Below the pieces are notes generated by a model. The model searched no databases and was not told the DNA's origin. It was given only the letters and a program-made list of their open reading frames with translations. The translations under genes and the position numbers were made by a program. Shown piece by piece: positions 23,180 to 38,100 of a stretch of 64,000 nt of DNA (positions are counted from its first letter, which is position 1; each line of letters begins with the position of its first letter). This DNA comes from Monocercomonoides exilis PA203 (taxonomy: Eukaryota; Protista; Preaxostyla): assembly GCA_001643675.2 (NCBI GenBank), contig LSRY02000006.1:1178001-1242000 (forward strand), in the 5' to 3' direction.

Positions 23180-26100
23180 TTAATTTTCTTTTGGCGATGC
23201 AGGCTTTTGCTGAACTTTTTTTGAAGATATTGGAGTAAGCCTTGCAGGAGACTGAGGTACATCTTGAGAGCTATGGGCCGATGGCGTTTGAAGAAATGCA
23301 TTTTTAGAATTTTTTAGGGTCACGACTCCAGCTGCAAATGGCTTCGTTGACAATGTTTGTGAAAGTTGTTGAGACATTGTAGATGCTGCAGAAGCGTTGA
23401 GGATTGGATTAAAGGATGGAGGAATGAGAGATGTTATAGCCAGCGACTGTGTTAAGGAAGGCGGAGGGGTTACAAAATGTGACGATAAAGAACTCGTTGA
23501 AGACGTAATGGATCTTACAGCTGATGTTTGCCTGGGCTGAATGCGAGACGGAGAAAATGAATTGTCTGCTCCAGAATACTTTATTCTCTGAAGAAAAGCA
23601 TTCGTTGCATTCTCAAGTGAGCGGCGCGTTGTTGAAGCAGATGAAACTGTTTGTGAAGAAGCATTTGAAGCATTTGAAGCAAGAGAACTCGTGCTTCTTC
23701 GAGTCGACAATGCTGAATGTTGATCTCTGAGTATCGGAAGATGAGACGAAGCAGGAATTTGAGAAGCAGGCTTTGAAATATACTTTGAAGAGCCAGAAGG
23801 CGAAGGCAATTTTGTTGTTCTCATCTTTCTTGTCTCATCCATTTGCTCTCTCATTCTGTCCCCAAAAATCAACCTCGGCATGCCTCTTTTTGTCAAATCA
23901 ACACTTTTTGATCGCAAAGAACCAATGGAAGTTTTCTTGACATCGGTTGGCCTGCTCAGTTTTGGAATACCGTATTCATTCTCCGCTGCTTGCTTTGCTT
24001 TTCTCTCTTCAATTTCAATTGGCATAAATGAAGCATTTTCATTGTTTTCGCTCGTCGGAACAAATGACATTGAAGCCAGTTGATATGGCATTGCGTGCGC
24101 AAGTGCAACAACAGCAAGACTCGGAGGAAGTGGAGTTGATGCAACTTCTTGATGCCACTCGTCTCCAACAACTGCAGAATTAGCATTTGAAGGCGTTGCT
24201 GCTCCACTTTGTAATGAAGATGGTGTGCCTTGTGTTGGTAGCACCCGAAACATGTTTGGAGTATAACCCACTTTCTGTTGCTTAACTGTTGAGAATGTGG
24301 GGCCAGATGAGGATTCAAGTGGAATTGGAGTGTAGAACTCAAGCTCCTTTTGATCACCAGGTGTTGATGGAGGAGTTGTTGCTGAAGAACCTGCATTCGG
24401 TGTTGAAGCATCTCGAGCAGACTGAGATGAAGACTGAGGAATGGTTGCTATGGCTGGCGGTGACAAAGGCCTCCTCTGCAGAATAAGTTGTTGCTGCCTA
24501 TGCTCAACATCATCGTCATACAGAGCATTGAATCCTTTCAACGACTGGAGCGGCACATCACGGAATCGCTTCAACCTGAATCGAAAGTCCGCTGATTCAG
24601 GCTTTGCTGAAGATGGCGTTCCAACAAATGATAAAGCTGTTCCAACTCTCTTTGAATCATTTTGACTTTTCTTTGCTAATGATAATTTTGATCTTGATGA
24701 CTTTAACGAATCCTTCTTCTTTTTCCCTTTCTTTCCAATTACATCTTTCTTGTCATGTCCGGAAACTTGTGCAACATCTCCAAGATCAAAAGCAACAGCT
24801 GCTGCATCAAAGCTCGCATCACTTTCTTCTTCTGCTCCATCGCTCTCTTCATTTCCCTCGGAAGCATCTTCATTTTGCTCTTTTTCATCAGTTTTAGAAT
24901 GGCTCTCATCCTCTGCGGAAAGGGTTTGTGTCTTGTCTATTTCCTCTTTTTTCTTTGCAGCATCTGCTGTTGATATTGATCTATCTCTCACATTATTTGT
25001 CAATTGAGAATTGACTTCATGCTTCTCTTGAGCACTTGCAAGACTCCTTTTTGACTTTCTTTTTTCAAGAATGTTCTTTTGAAGTTCATCTTCTCTTCTC
25101 TTTTTCATTTCTTCAATTTCACTCTTGCGAATTGCTCGATATTTCACGCTGCTTTCAGTCTCTCTCATGAAAGAAGGCTTTCCGACTGATGATGGATAGC
25201 TTCCTTTTCCTATTTGAACAGAGTGGGGACTTTTAATTTGCTCTTTTTCTTTTAAATTTGCAACAGTACTTTCCATCGATATTGTATTCCCTTCACTCTT
25301 TTGCTTTCTTTCGATAGTTTCTTTATTTGCCAAGCTTGAAATATGAGACTTGAGTCCAAATTTGTCTTCGCCTTCTTTGAGAAGCTTATTTCTTTTCTCT
25401 TCAATGTCTTCTAATGTCGGAGGCTTTATAATCTCCACAGGTTCTTCAACAGGTATTTCCTCTTTCTTTATCGAAGACAAGCCAAATGCAGAAATCATGA
25501 GCTTAGCCTTTTCTGGATCTCCTTCATAAGTCAATTGCCCATCTTTTGAGCCTTTCTTAGATCCTCCTTCCTGCTCCTCTTTAAGCTGTCTTTCGTGAAT
25601 CTTGCGCAAATGCTCTTCCTCAAATTGTATCAACATTTGCTGAGATTTTGGCATTACAGTATCCAGAAATCCAGAAGCGCTAAGCCGAAGAGGCGTTTGA
25701 GAAGTTGTTTCTCCGAAATTGAGCGGCACCTGGCTCATAAAAGGAATTGCAGGTGCGTCATGAAGAGACAAAGATGCAGAGCGTTTGTGCTGAGGAGTTG
25801 GAGATTGCGAAGTCCTGTCAGTAATTGAGCGGCTGGTTATGCCAGAAGAGCTTGTAGCTGATGCAATTGAATGACGGCGCATGTGGCTTGAATAAGATGC
25901 CCTATGGGTTTCATACACTGAGTCTGTGTCAGTTTTAATCGCAGATGTTGCAAATGGATCGAACGTTGATTGTAACTCTTTTTCTTCCATTTCTCTCTGC
26001 TTTGCCAAACGTTGCTGCTCCTCCTCTTCTTCAATCTCAGCCTGTGCAATTTCCAGCTGTTTCTTTATTTCTTCTGTGTTGTTGCTTGTAAAGAGAAGTC

Positions 26101-29100
26101 CTTCATCTTCTTTCACGTCATTTGCAAGCATAATGTTAGTGTCATTCGATTTCTTCTCTTCAGTCGTTGTTCCATCAGCAGTCGATTCAGAAGGCGTTGA
26201 ATCTTTATTTGCATTATTCTTATCTTTCAACATCGCTGGCAAGAATTCTTCTGGTACTGGCGTAACTTTGAATTGATCTTTCGATAATGCAGTTGCTGTA
26301 TACGGCTTTTTACGAGTTTTGTTTTCTTTGTTCGGAAGCGATGCTCCTTTGTATGGAACAACCACAGAAGAGAAGCTTCCTTTCAGTGAATCTCTGTCGT
26401 TAAACACCATCGAATTAGAAGGAGAAAGCGGAGTGGGATAACGAATTGATTGTGCAAGATTCTCTTCGCCTTCTGACTGACGGCGATCTTTGCAGCTGCG
26501 GATTGTCTGTTCGTCGAAGTCAATACGAACTGTTCGCCCTGCTGTTGGCGTTGTAGGAGCAAATAACTTCACGTTTGGAGAAGATGCCAATGCACTTGAG
26601 GAACTCAATTTCGACTGAACAAACGGAGCTGGACGATACGTGCCTTCTTCTTCCGTCTCGGCGTGCATTGCAAGTGGAGACTGAGGAATCAAGAGTGATG
26701 ACGAGAGGCGTTTTGAAGGCTCAAACTTTCCTCCTCTGGAAGAGCGTCCCATTTGCGAGGAAGTCTCATTTGCAGCATCGTTATTTCCAAGCTGAGCTTC
26801 GGACAGCAGACTCATATTTCCAGTTGCGATTGCATCAGAAATAAGTTGAGCCTTTTCTTTTGTTCCGTATTCCTTTGGAATCAAAGAAGGCGTTCGGGAC
26901 GAGCGAGGGGTGATGTAAGGAGAAATGCTGCTTTGCCTTCTTGAAAGACTGTTTCGCGGCGAAGCAATAAACGAAGAACGCGAAAGAAGCGCTCTTTTTT
27001 CCTGCAGCTGGTTCATTCGCATCTTCTCTTGCTCTTCTTTCTTCTTTCTCATCTCTTCTTTTTGCTTTGCTTCTCGTTCATCTTCTTCTCTTTGCTGCTC
27101 TTCTTCTCTTGTTGTGAGCAGATTCTCCCATTCCATCATCCTCTGGATACCTGCTGGTATATTCCCAATTCCTTGTCCAACACCTTTTCCTTTTGCAGGC
27201 AATGCTTCCTTTGGCGCAATTCCTTCTTTGAGATACAGCGCTTTAACTGTTCTTCTGAACTCCCTCTCTTCTTGCTTTTCTTTGTACAATTTCAGAATCA
27301 ATTCCTCCTTTTCAATTTCATCGGCTTCCTTTTTCGCTGTTTCTTCCTCCTCCTTCAATTTCTTTTCTTCTTCTTGCTTATCTGATTCGTCTTCAGATTC
27401 TTTTTCTTTCATTTCTTCGTTTTGTGAATGCTCTTCGCTCTTTTCAGATGTTTCGTCTTTATCATCTTTATCACTCGTTGTATCTTCATTCTTCGTGTAA
27501 GCTCCATTTTCCGCATCTTTTCCGTCGCCTTCAGTTGCCGTTGCATTTTCTGCTTCAGACGAAGCTTCAGATATTGGTTCATTGTGCTCTTTTGTATCAC
27601 TTTCATTAGCTTTTGCTTTTTGATTTTTTTCTAACTCTCTTTTCTCCTTCCTTTCTCTTCGTTCCTTTCTCTTCTCTTCCACAACTTTCACCAAAGAATC
27701 CAACATTTTCCATTCCTCATCATCAGAATCTTCCAACAAAAACTTCTCGTCTTCTGAATCAAATAATGGCTCTTCTTGGTGTGTCAGATAGTATTCGTTG
27801 ATATCAAACCTCATTTTTGCTGCTTCTTTCGCTTCTTTTCTCTGATGATGATGCCTCGTGCGCCCAAACGAGTCAATGCTATCATATGATGAACCTTCAG
27901 TTATCAAGTCGCTGTCTTCATCATATTCATCGTTTTCATCAAACTCATCTTCGTCGCTTATATCCATGTTCTCGTTCTCTTCGTTTATTTCATCTGCTAT
28001 CGATGAGAAGCTGATCCCGCCAGGAGTATCTGCAGTCAGCATCTTCTTTCTTGCCGCACGTCGTTCAGATGCTGTCACCTGACCCAACCGCGCAGTCGAA
28101 TCAGACCCACCTGTGTCGATTCCTCCTCCAGAATTCCAGTTAACAGAGATTTCACTTGGACGCTTGCCTCTTTTGCTTGGCGTACCGAGAGGCGAAGTTC
28201 CTGCACCATCTTGATGAAATGGCGAATGAGGTGAACGCTTTCCCCCAGATTGCAACGATGCAACATCGCTCTGACTCTCTTCGTCTTCTGATGTAATTGT
28301 GCCTGTTGGACTTAAAGGCGTTTCCAATCCTCCATTCAACGCTCCTTCACGCCTTCTTCTTTCCTGTCGTTCTTTCCTTCGTTTCTCTCGTAACTCCATT
28401 TTCTTTTTCTTTCTTTCTGCTCTTCTCTTTTCTTTTTGCCTTTTCTTAACCTCTTCAGCAGATAATCCAATCATTTCGTTAAATGCCTCGTCCAACTGCT
28501 CAATTTCTTTCCCCATTTTTTGTGCTTCCTGCTCAACTTTCTTTTTCTTCATCTCTAATTTTGCTTTCAACCCCAGAAATCGATGCATCTTCTCTCTTTT
28601 GCCTTCTTCGCCAAGGAGAAGATCAAGAGCACTTTCATACACGTCTTTGCCTCCTTCATAGTCGTCATCTCTTCTTCTTCTCAGTTTCCTTCTGCCTTCT
28701 TCTCCATCATTTTCTCCACAAGAGTCAATTTGCTCATCAAGCATAAGTAATCCATTCTTAATATCGTCATCAAGAACATTCAGTCTGAGCCTGCTTTGAG
28801 ACAAATCTCCTCTCAAATTCGATCGTGAAGGCTCTTTCCACAACATTGCCTTCTCTTCTTCATTCAGAGATCTTGCACTTTCTGGTTGTTGATCTCTTCT
28901 GTTGTGTCTTTCGCTTTCATCAAATGAGTCACTCAGCGAATCAGATGAATTTTGCCTTGATTTCGGAGTCATCATTGGCTGAAGATTGTCTGAACCCAAA
29001 GAAGCTGTTACAGGCATAGCACCTCTCTTCATCTCAAAGATATCAAGTGATGAAAGTTTCTCTGGTACATGCGAGTGAATATCTGGCTTGTCAGATTCTT

Positions 29101-32100
29101 GAAGGAAATTGATAAATACCCAATCGTTGCCAATATCCAGCATCCGAATCCACGCCAGCATTGGCATGCCTCCAGTTGTCTCGCGATCCAATACCACTGC
29201 CTGCCATTGAAGTTCTTCGTCAAAGAAATGCTCCTCTGCAGGCTTCAGCATTGCATCTCTTACAGACAAACGGGTGTTCCTTGCTTTCATCACAGCACCT
29301 TCCATCCGATCCATTGCATCTGTTAGAAAATCACAGGGTTCTGAGCCTCTTCTTTCAAGTGCCGCTAAAGAAGGATTGCTACCGAGCGTTGCAGTATTCA
29401 GAATAGGAACTTTTGTTTTTGACTCGCTCACATTCATTTGCCTTGGGCTACTATTTTCCAGAAGCGCCAGAGCTTCTTTTATGATTTCGTTTGATTTTCG
29501 CTTCAATTCATTTATATTAACTTTTGGTTTTGTCGATCTTGGTGATTTATCGCTTTGAGTTGCGTTTTTGTCGTTTTGAGAGGATGCTCTCTTATCCGGT
29601 GTTGAGATCTTTCTAAAATCTCTTTTTTTCTCCGGCACTTTTGCTCCTTTGTCTTCATCGCTCTTCTTCCCATTTGCTTGCAAAGTTGAATTACGCTCAT
29701 TTTCATTTGGCAGCTCAACTTCTACCCATCCAGTATTCGGATCTTGTGAGAAAGACTGCCCTTCTCTTAATCCTCGCTTACCTTTCTCTTCTCCGTTGAG
29801 TACAGTCCCAGGACGAACCGGCGACCGGCTTGTTGATTCTCTTCTTGCCATTCTTCCTCTGTCGCCTTTCAGACGTCCAGCACGAGAAGCAGGCTTCATA
29901 TCAGCCTTTGTCAGATCCTTCACCGTAAAGCGCCACGATGGAAGCTCAAAGAGCTCGTATGCAATGCCTGTTTTCACAGAAAGAGGAACCGATTCAAACT
30001 GCTTCAACCACAAATCTTCACTGAGATTTGGTGGGACGACATCTCGAAGGATCATGTTCCGACCGCAAACCACTGACGGCTTTGATTGCAGCTGTTGTGT
30101 GCGGGACATTGCAGTATCCTTTCTCCATGTTTCTGTCATTCTCAAGCTGCCAAATGAATTTGCAAGTCGGGACGCTGTATCAGCTGATGGTGGAGTTTTT
30201 CCCTTTGATGAAACAGAAGGAGATGAAGAGCGCTTGTTTGATGCCAAATCCCAATAGTGTTCAATAATTGACGAGTTATCATCGTCATCGTCATCATCTG
30301 TAATTGCTATCATTTTCGAATCTGCTCCTTGCGAAAGGCCATTTCTTGACGATCTCATTACCCAATCAAATTGTTCTTTTTGTACGTCAAATGGCTGCGT
30401 TTGTAAAAATGAGCGGAAAGGTGTTTTCTGCTTTTGAATAGATTCCGTCCACAAAGGAGGCATGCTGTGAGCTGCCTGCCCTTCAAGAGCAATTGTTGCA
30501 GCAATGACTGGAGCGCTACTCTCAGCGACAGATTTTGCCAATTCCATTTTCTTCTTTTGTCTTGCATCCTCCGCAGTAACCAAAGCTTCTGCAGCAATCA
30601 TTTCATCTGTTTTCTTATCTTTTTGCTGTTGAGAAAGTGGAGACTGACCAGAAGTTGTTGAGCCTTTTCCTTTTTTATCTTGACCAGAAGCAGTCGTTCC
30701 AAGCATCGTTGCTTGAATGGTTGTGTGTGGAAGTGGTTTTCCGTATCCGTCTTTCATTCCACTTCCTCCCTTTGCAGATCCCATTCCCTTCAGCGCATTC
30801 AGCGCGCTGCATCCGCTTTGGTCTCCTCCTTCTTTCTCGCTGCTCACTTTTGGCTTTTGTGGAGCATTCGTTGTTGGCACCAAAGCTTTCGTCACTGGAT
30901 CAGGCTGATACCAGATGTCTGTCTGCTTCGGAAGCACTCCTCTTGTCAGCTGGGCAGAGTTCAAGTATTTCAACGCAGGATCTTCTGCTTCAATGGAAAA
31001 CGCGCCAGAGTCAGTAGCCATCTCCACAGGCTTAATTGAACAGTGCTGCAAAAGCCAAGGTGACGATTTGCGTCTCTTCATCATTGGAACCGAAAATGAC
31101 ACTCGTTTTGGATTCAGATTCTGAAGAAGCATTCGATCCATCCTTTCAATCGCCTTCTCCTTTTCAGTCTTTTTGCGTATGGAACTTGGATGTGCAAGAA
31201 AAGAACTCTTGGAACTTGACTGGTCGTTGTTCTCTTCTTCATCGAGAATTTCTTTGAAGGAGAATGATAATTGCCTTGTCATTGATTCTGACTTTTCTGA
31301 AGTTTGTGAATCTGCTTTGACTGAAGCAAGAGATGTCGAAGAAGAAGATGATGATAAAGGAGAATGTGCTGAATTCTCATCTTTTTTACTTGCTAAAGTT
31401 TCATTATTATTAATCGTTACATTTGAAGGCTGCTTCTCACTATCTGAAGAAGAGTCAGTTGCAATGAGTCCTTGGGAATCAATTGCCAGCGAGGCAGATT
31501 GCGCTCCAGCAGAAGGAAACAGAGCTGTTCCTTCATTGTTTGAAGGAGCATTGTTGTCAGACTGCACCTGAACGGGAAGATTTGAAGAGGAAGGCACTGA
31601 CTGAATTTCTGGTTGCGTTGCATTCTGTGAATTATTCACTGGAATTGTTGAAGTCGAAACTTTTTCAGAAGAAGTGTTTGATTGCTCAACTGTAGGTTGA
31701 GCAGATGAAGAGTCAGACGACGTTTTTTCTTCGGGTGATGGAACAGTGGGGAGAGAAGTTGTAGCTTGTCTGTCGTTGGTAAGATCTGCTTGTGATTGCT
31801 GTTGTTGATTAGAAATTGTCTCATCCAATTTCATTTCTGATTTTTGTTTTGCATCAGTTTTTTCAACAGATTGTAACGATGAACCAAAAATTGAGTTGTC
31901 TCCAGTTGCAAATACATCCTTTTCTTTGCCAATGCCACTTCCAATGCTGCCCAGCACATCGCCAAACATGCCAGAAGAAGGAACAGTTGATTTAGTCATC
32001 ATCAGACTGTCATCTGGAAGTGATCGAATGTTCGAGTATATCACAAACAAAGCTTGCTTGCTGGTCAAAATTTTGCTGATGTTGGTGCCAAAGTACGCTT

Positions 32101-35100
32101 CGGTAGTAGGAGCCTTTTCAGGAGCAAGAAGGAATGAGAATAGAGAGTTTGAAGGTTTCGAAGAAGTCAAGGACATTGAAGAAGAGGAACGTTGTGAAGA
32201 TATTCTCAACATGGCTGCTGCTGAAGATTCCTTCTTTTTGGGTTCAGGGAGCGGAGGTGGAACATGATCTGAAGGTATCTGTATCCCTTCAATTTGGCTC
32301 AGTTCTGCTTTGAGCAGCTTCATTTTCGCGTTCGTCTCTTCTTTCTCTCTCAATTCATCGCTTTCTGCCAAAAACTGGGCAAACTCACCAATTCCGCCAA
32401 TGCCAACGCGGCGCTTTCGCCATCGCAGAGCTTCCAGCTGGGAATAAAACTCTGTAGGAAGAGGATCCTTCTTCTTTAGAAGAGATACTAAAGAATTGCG
32501 AGATTTCTTAGCAAAAAGATCAGAAGAGGAGGAAGATGATGATAAAGATGACTGAGAATTAGGAGCAGTATCTGAATGAAGATTCTTCAAACTGCAGCTC
32601 ACTCCAGGCGCTCTTTTCAATGCTTCATCAACGCATTCAACAAAACTGAGTGTGATAGGCTTGTCTTGTTCTTCGGCCACGGGCTCTGGTTGTTCTCTCT
32701 TCATGATGTACTCACCGCTTGCTTCATCTTCTGCCTCTTGTCTTTTCCTCTCTTCTTCCAGCGCTTTCTTCTTCTTCTCCTCTTCAGCCTTCTTTAGAGA
32801 GATGTCAATAAACGGAAGTTTATGCAATGTTCGATAAGGTGACCACAAATCAACAGCAGACAAAGATCGCTGGTAGAACCGAGGATGAGGAGGACGAGGA
32901 GAAGGGGGTGGACTTTCTTCTTCTTCCTCCATGTCGCCAGCTTTATCTCCTTTTCCTTTCATTCCTTGCTTCGACCTTATCTTCTTTTTGTAAAGGTCGA
33001 ACTCGTCTTCAGCTTCCTCTTCTTCCACAAGCACCTCCAATGGTGCATTAACAGATAGAAGAGAGCTCACAGGCATCACAACTCCCTTTTTCCCCTTTCG
33101 ATGGAATGTTCCTCCTGCTGCTCCTTCCTCTTCGGCCATGCTCTCTTCAAATCGGTTTAGAATCTCTTCGTCTTCTTTGGACATTTCCTCAATTGTAAAC
33201 TTCGGCAGCATTTTCCTCCTTCGTTCTTCTGATGTCTCGTCTTCCTCTGCCAGTGCACCTTCAGCCACTGCTCGCAGCAGCCTTTCTGTGTCTATTGCTT
33301 CTCCACCATCCATCGCAACAAAGTTTGGGTCGCCCACATCTCCCTCTGGTGAAGGCATGGCTGGCTTCCTTCTCTTCCTCTTTCTCGAAGACATGTCTTC
33401 ATCGCGTTGCAGCGAAAAATCTAGAAGGAAGTTTGCTTTCTTCTTTCTCTTCCCTGCAATGTGCGTGGAGGATGGAGACACCGCTGGACCAAATCCCATT
33501 GCACCATCCTCGTCTTCATCTTCATCCTCATCATAGTCGCTATTGTCATCATTTTCATCTTCTTCTTCATATGTAAAAGGATCTTCTTCGCCTCCGTTGA
33601 TATCCAAATCTCCATTTTCCTTCAGCATCTCATCCAGCTTCTTCATTTCTTCATCTTCAGCATCCCAGGTACCCTCGAATATCTCTTCTTCCAAATTGTT
33701 TCCAGGTGTTGGAGGCTTTGAAGAAAGCTTCACTTTCTCAAAATGACTGACATCTTTCCTCTGGTTGATTGTGCCAAGTTTTGCTTCTTCAGAGCCATCC
33801 CATTGTGCCACTTCTTCGGGTTCTCCTTCCAGTTTTGCCAGTTTCCACTTTTTGCCTTCTGTTCTCTTCTTGTTTGCATTCCCATCTGCACTTCCTTCAA
33901 CATCTTCTTCCTCTTCTTCCAAACCTTCTTCTTCTTCCTCCTCGATCGAAATCCCTTCTCCAGACAGTGGAGATGGAGGGCCATGTTCTCCTTTTCCACA
34001 TGCCTGCGCACTCTGCTGCTTTCCTCCTTTCTTTTTAGGCACTTTTCCAGATGCCATCAGAATCTCTTCGCGCTTTCGCTGTGTTGTTGATGGACCTTCA
34101 CTCGCTTTCTTCACTTTCTCCAGATTGAGCTGCATCTGCATAAGAAGAGATGCAACCTCGTCGTCAATATCTTCTACTCCATTCATTTTCAGCTGGTTCG
34201 CTAATTCATTCATTTCTTCCTTAGCTGCTGAGCCATCAGCAGACAAGTTAGGCAGTAAGTTATTTCCTTGAGCATCCACAGAAGCATCGTTGGTTCCTCC
34301 TTTCTCTGTTTCAGAACCATCTTTCTTTCCTGGTTTCATCATAGCTTTCTGCTGAGCTTTCGTCTTTGCTAGTGTTGATGGCATCGAAGGCTTCGTCTTT
34401 GGCTTTGGTTTAACAGGACGTGACGGTCCTGGGTCCTTTCTAACAATCACCTCTCGCTTTGTATCAGGAACATGCACAGCAGAAGGACCCAGCGGAATCG
34501 CGTTGTTGAGTTTGTCGTTCCCTTCAGCTGACCACAGCTCGTTTGAGGATCCGACTTTTCCTCCGACAGTCTGCCATTTCATTCCTCTCTTCGTATTGTT
34601 GGCTTCATCTCCTCTTCTGCCTGTACGGTTTAATTCGTATTCTTCGTCTGGTGATGCAACAGACGAGCTCGACAGCTGCTGTTGATTCATTGCTGAAGGA
34701 GTGTTCTCGAGTGAAGAAGAAGTCAGCTGTGCACCTTTAACTTGGAACAGAACATCCGAGTCGCGTGGTGGACCTGGTGGAGGAGGCTCTGGGATAACGG
34801 TCGGTTGCTTTTTAAGTGGTGTGTGAGATCTGTTTGATCTGACTGAAGAACTGCTTAAGGGCTTTTGTGTTGCCTGTTGAGTGAGTTGCGAGGTGTCGAA
34901 TCCCCTGTCTTTGCTAGCGATAGACTCTTCACCTTGTTCTTGCTCATCTCCATTTCTCATTGAATGACGGGATGCAGCTGTCCTACGAGACTTTGCAGTA
35001 GCAGACCGATTTCCATTTTTATCCGTCTCTTCTTCAGATAACTCGCTTGATCCATTTCTTTCGAAATTATCAGAGTCTGTTTGACGCATCTTTCCGTCTC

Positions 35101-38100
35101 TTGATTTTGTTCTCCAATCCAAAAATGTATCTCCATCTCTTCCGTATTCATCTTCCCAATCCAACAAAGGTGAATGATATTCAGATCCTCTATCGCCTTC
35201 CTCCTCGCCTTCTTCATATTCCGCTCCGTAATCGCTTATTGTGCTTCTTTGGCTTCTTCTGCTTCCAGCGAATGAGATTACTGTACTTCCTCTTGAGTCC
35301 GTTCTCGCAGTTGGATAGAAATCTCTCAGCGCCTTTTGTGCACTCTGTTTGTCCTTCATTGCAAACCCTGTAAATGAAGGCGCCCTCCATGAATTGTTGA
35401 CCCGCTCCCTGAAGAAACTGCTGTCTTTCATCCTCCAATCATCTTCGATAAAGCCCTCTCCATCTCTGTTCCCTCTCTTTCTGCTTTCTCCTTGTGACAT
35501 CATAAATCTTGCCGCAGCGTCCAAATCTTCTCCTGTTTCAGCATCAACATTCCACACGTTCAGAAAGTTCTTCAGCTCCTTTCCTAATGCATGGCCTCCA
35601 TGCTCCACATTCCCCAAGGCGCTTTTTGGTCTGCTTGGCAAGCCATCTGCTGCTCTCCTGCGCATCCGAGGCGAAATTCCCAGTTTTGACGGAAGAGCAT
35701 CACGGTTTCTCATTGACTGTTTTATTCCTCTGGGAAGCAGTGTCTGAATGTGCAAGTAGTTTCCCTGTTCTGCTTGGATCATTTCGATCACTGGAAGCAG
35801 CTGCCAGGCGATGCTTGTGCTCCGCTGCTGCTCCACAGGCAGCGCCATTGACATCCTCGCTCGCTGCTCTGCTCGCACTCTCCTTTTCTCCTCGCGAGCA
35901 TTCGCTTCTTTTCTCATTGCTACAAGTTCTGGCCCTTTTTCCGCTTCCAGCTGCGCCAAGGAACTCTCCACCATCACTCGGAATGTTGGAGGAAGGGTTT
36001 CCAGGAATTCCTTTCTTCTTTGTTCTGGTAAAAGAGCTATTTGTTCAGTCAGGTAAGGATTTGGCGGGCGGATGCGGTTGATTGATCTGATTCCGCCTTC
36101 TCCTTTTTCGAATATAGAAATAATGTGTTCAGTCAACGAATCTTGCCCTATATGCTGTGCGATAAGAGAAGAGGAAGTAGAATTTCCAATCGACGAATTG
36201 ATTGGAGAAAACGAACGACTACGTGAAGCGCCTTGCTGTGGTGACTGCGAAGAGCGGATAGCTTGGTTGAGGAGATCATCACGAGAGTACGAAACATACG
36301 TTCTTCTAACATGGGCAGTACGTGCAAAGGACGGATTCAGCTGTGTCTGATGGAGAAAAGTATCTCCCAGAGCAGGCGAATAGACTGGATAGATTGGGAA
36401 AGGTGGCACATCTGCATATTCCTCTGGCTCGCTTTCAGAAGGCAACTCTTCCGTTCCATTCTGATTATGTTCAGGGTTGAAGTTATTGTTCTCTGAGTTA
36501 GAAGACTCATTGTTTTCGCTATTTCCTGCTTCATCAATCGCTTCTGCAGCATTTGTCTGGTGTTGTATCTGTTGAATAGCATGCGTTATGTTAGCAGACG
36601 AAGCACCTCTGGGACTCCTCATTGAGCGAGAAAGAGCCAAAGACTGCTGAATATTGAGTGGATGAGTAGGCGGCACAAGTCCATTCAAATATGAAACAGG
36701 AGGTCTTGAATGAGGGAAAAAATCAGCTGAAGGAGATCCAGAAGAGCGATGCAAAAGACTGTCTGTATAACTTCCTTCATCCTCGGCTTCTTCTCCGTTT
36801 TTCTCTTCCTCTTCTTCTTGTTCCTTTGGCTTTCTCTGTTTGTATGCCTTATAATTCGCAACGCCAAATGTGGTTGAAGAGCTCAATGTTGCCGATGGAA
36901 TCTCCATCTGAGACACCATCGCCTCCCATGTCTTTTCGCTGTCGTTGAGGTTGCTCCTTCTTCTCATGCTCTCATTCACAATCATCTGATATTCCCTGGT
37001 GAATTTGTTTGACGGCTCTTCCTTTTCTGGAATGATAGACGCATCAAAAACTTTTATACGGGATTTTGTTGAACTTTGCGTTTTGTTCAATTGAGTTTGG
37101 TCTTTTTGGTTGATGTTTCTTCTTGTTGGAGAAGATGAGTGAGAAAGAGTTGACTGCATCGCAGAAGAAGATGAAGAAGATGCGGTATTGTTATTTCCGG
37201 AATTGTTGTTCTGTGAATTTGCACCTCGTGAAACTGATGATTGGTATAAATTGTAAGGCCATTGCAGACTGTTTTCATTGAATTGAAGAGAAGTCGTAGT
37301 TGTTGCAAGTGAAGAAGAAAACTGTGTTCCTTCTGCATTGTTGTTGTTATTGTTGTTGAGTTGAATGGTTGTTGACAAGTCTCCCAAAAGTGAGTATCCT
37401 TTTCCTTTCTTCTTCTTCTTCTTCTTCTCATTGATCTTTTCATTCAGATATGTCATCAACTCATCTTCCTCTGGTTCTTTCCCCTCTGCAGCTTCTGCAG
37501 CGTATCTGTCCACATGTGCAGGGATCTTTGACAAGTTTTCTTTGACTATCTTTTCGGTCGCTTCAACAAGCGCTGAGGAAAAAGCTGATCCACGCTGTGA
37601 AAAGTTCATAATTGGCTTTGGAGATGTTGATCTTAATGTTGCCGATGTTGCTTGCATTTCTGTTTTCTCCTTTTTGTTTTTCTGATCTTCTGCTTCGTCT
37701 TCTTTCCCGTTATCTATCTTGTTCTGAACGGTATCTGTTCCAACAGTCTGAGTTGTTGATGAAGACTCATCTTCAGCCAATGTAGCAACCTTTGAAGGAG
37801 CCACCATTCCTCTTTTAATCAGAATCGGTGTCTGTTCCAGTGACCTCACTTCGGCCATTTCGAGCTCCCTCTTCTTCTCTCGCTGTCTCATCTCTTCTTT
37901 TGAAGGAGCCGAAATCTGCGGCTGGGATGTTCCATTGAACGTGGTGTGCATCAGTCTGTATGCTCTTTGTTCTCTTCGCGATGAAAGCGGAATGATTTGC
38001 TCAGATTCTCCAGTCTGAGCAGAATCAGCTGGAAATCCTGTTAACGTCTGTGTTGATGATAAGGTTGCATTGAATGCTGAAGGAGATGATGCGCTTGATT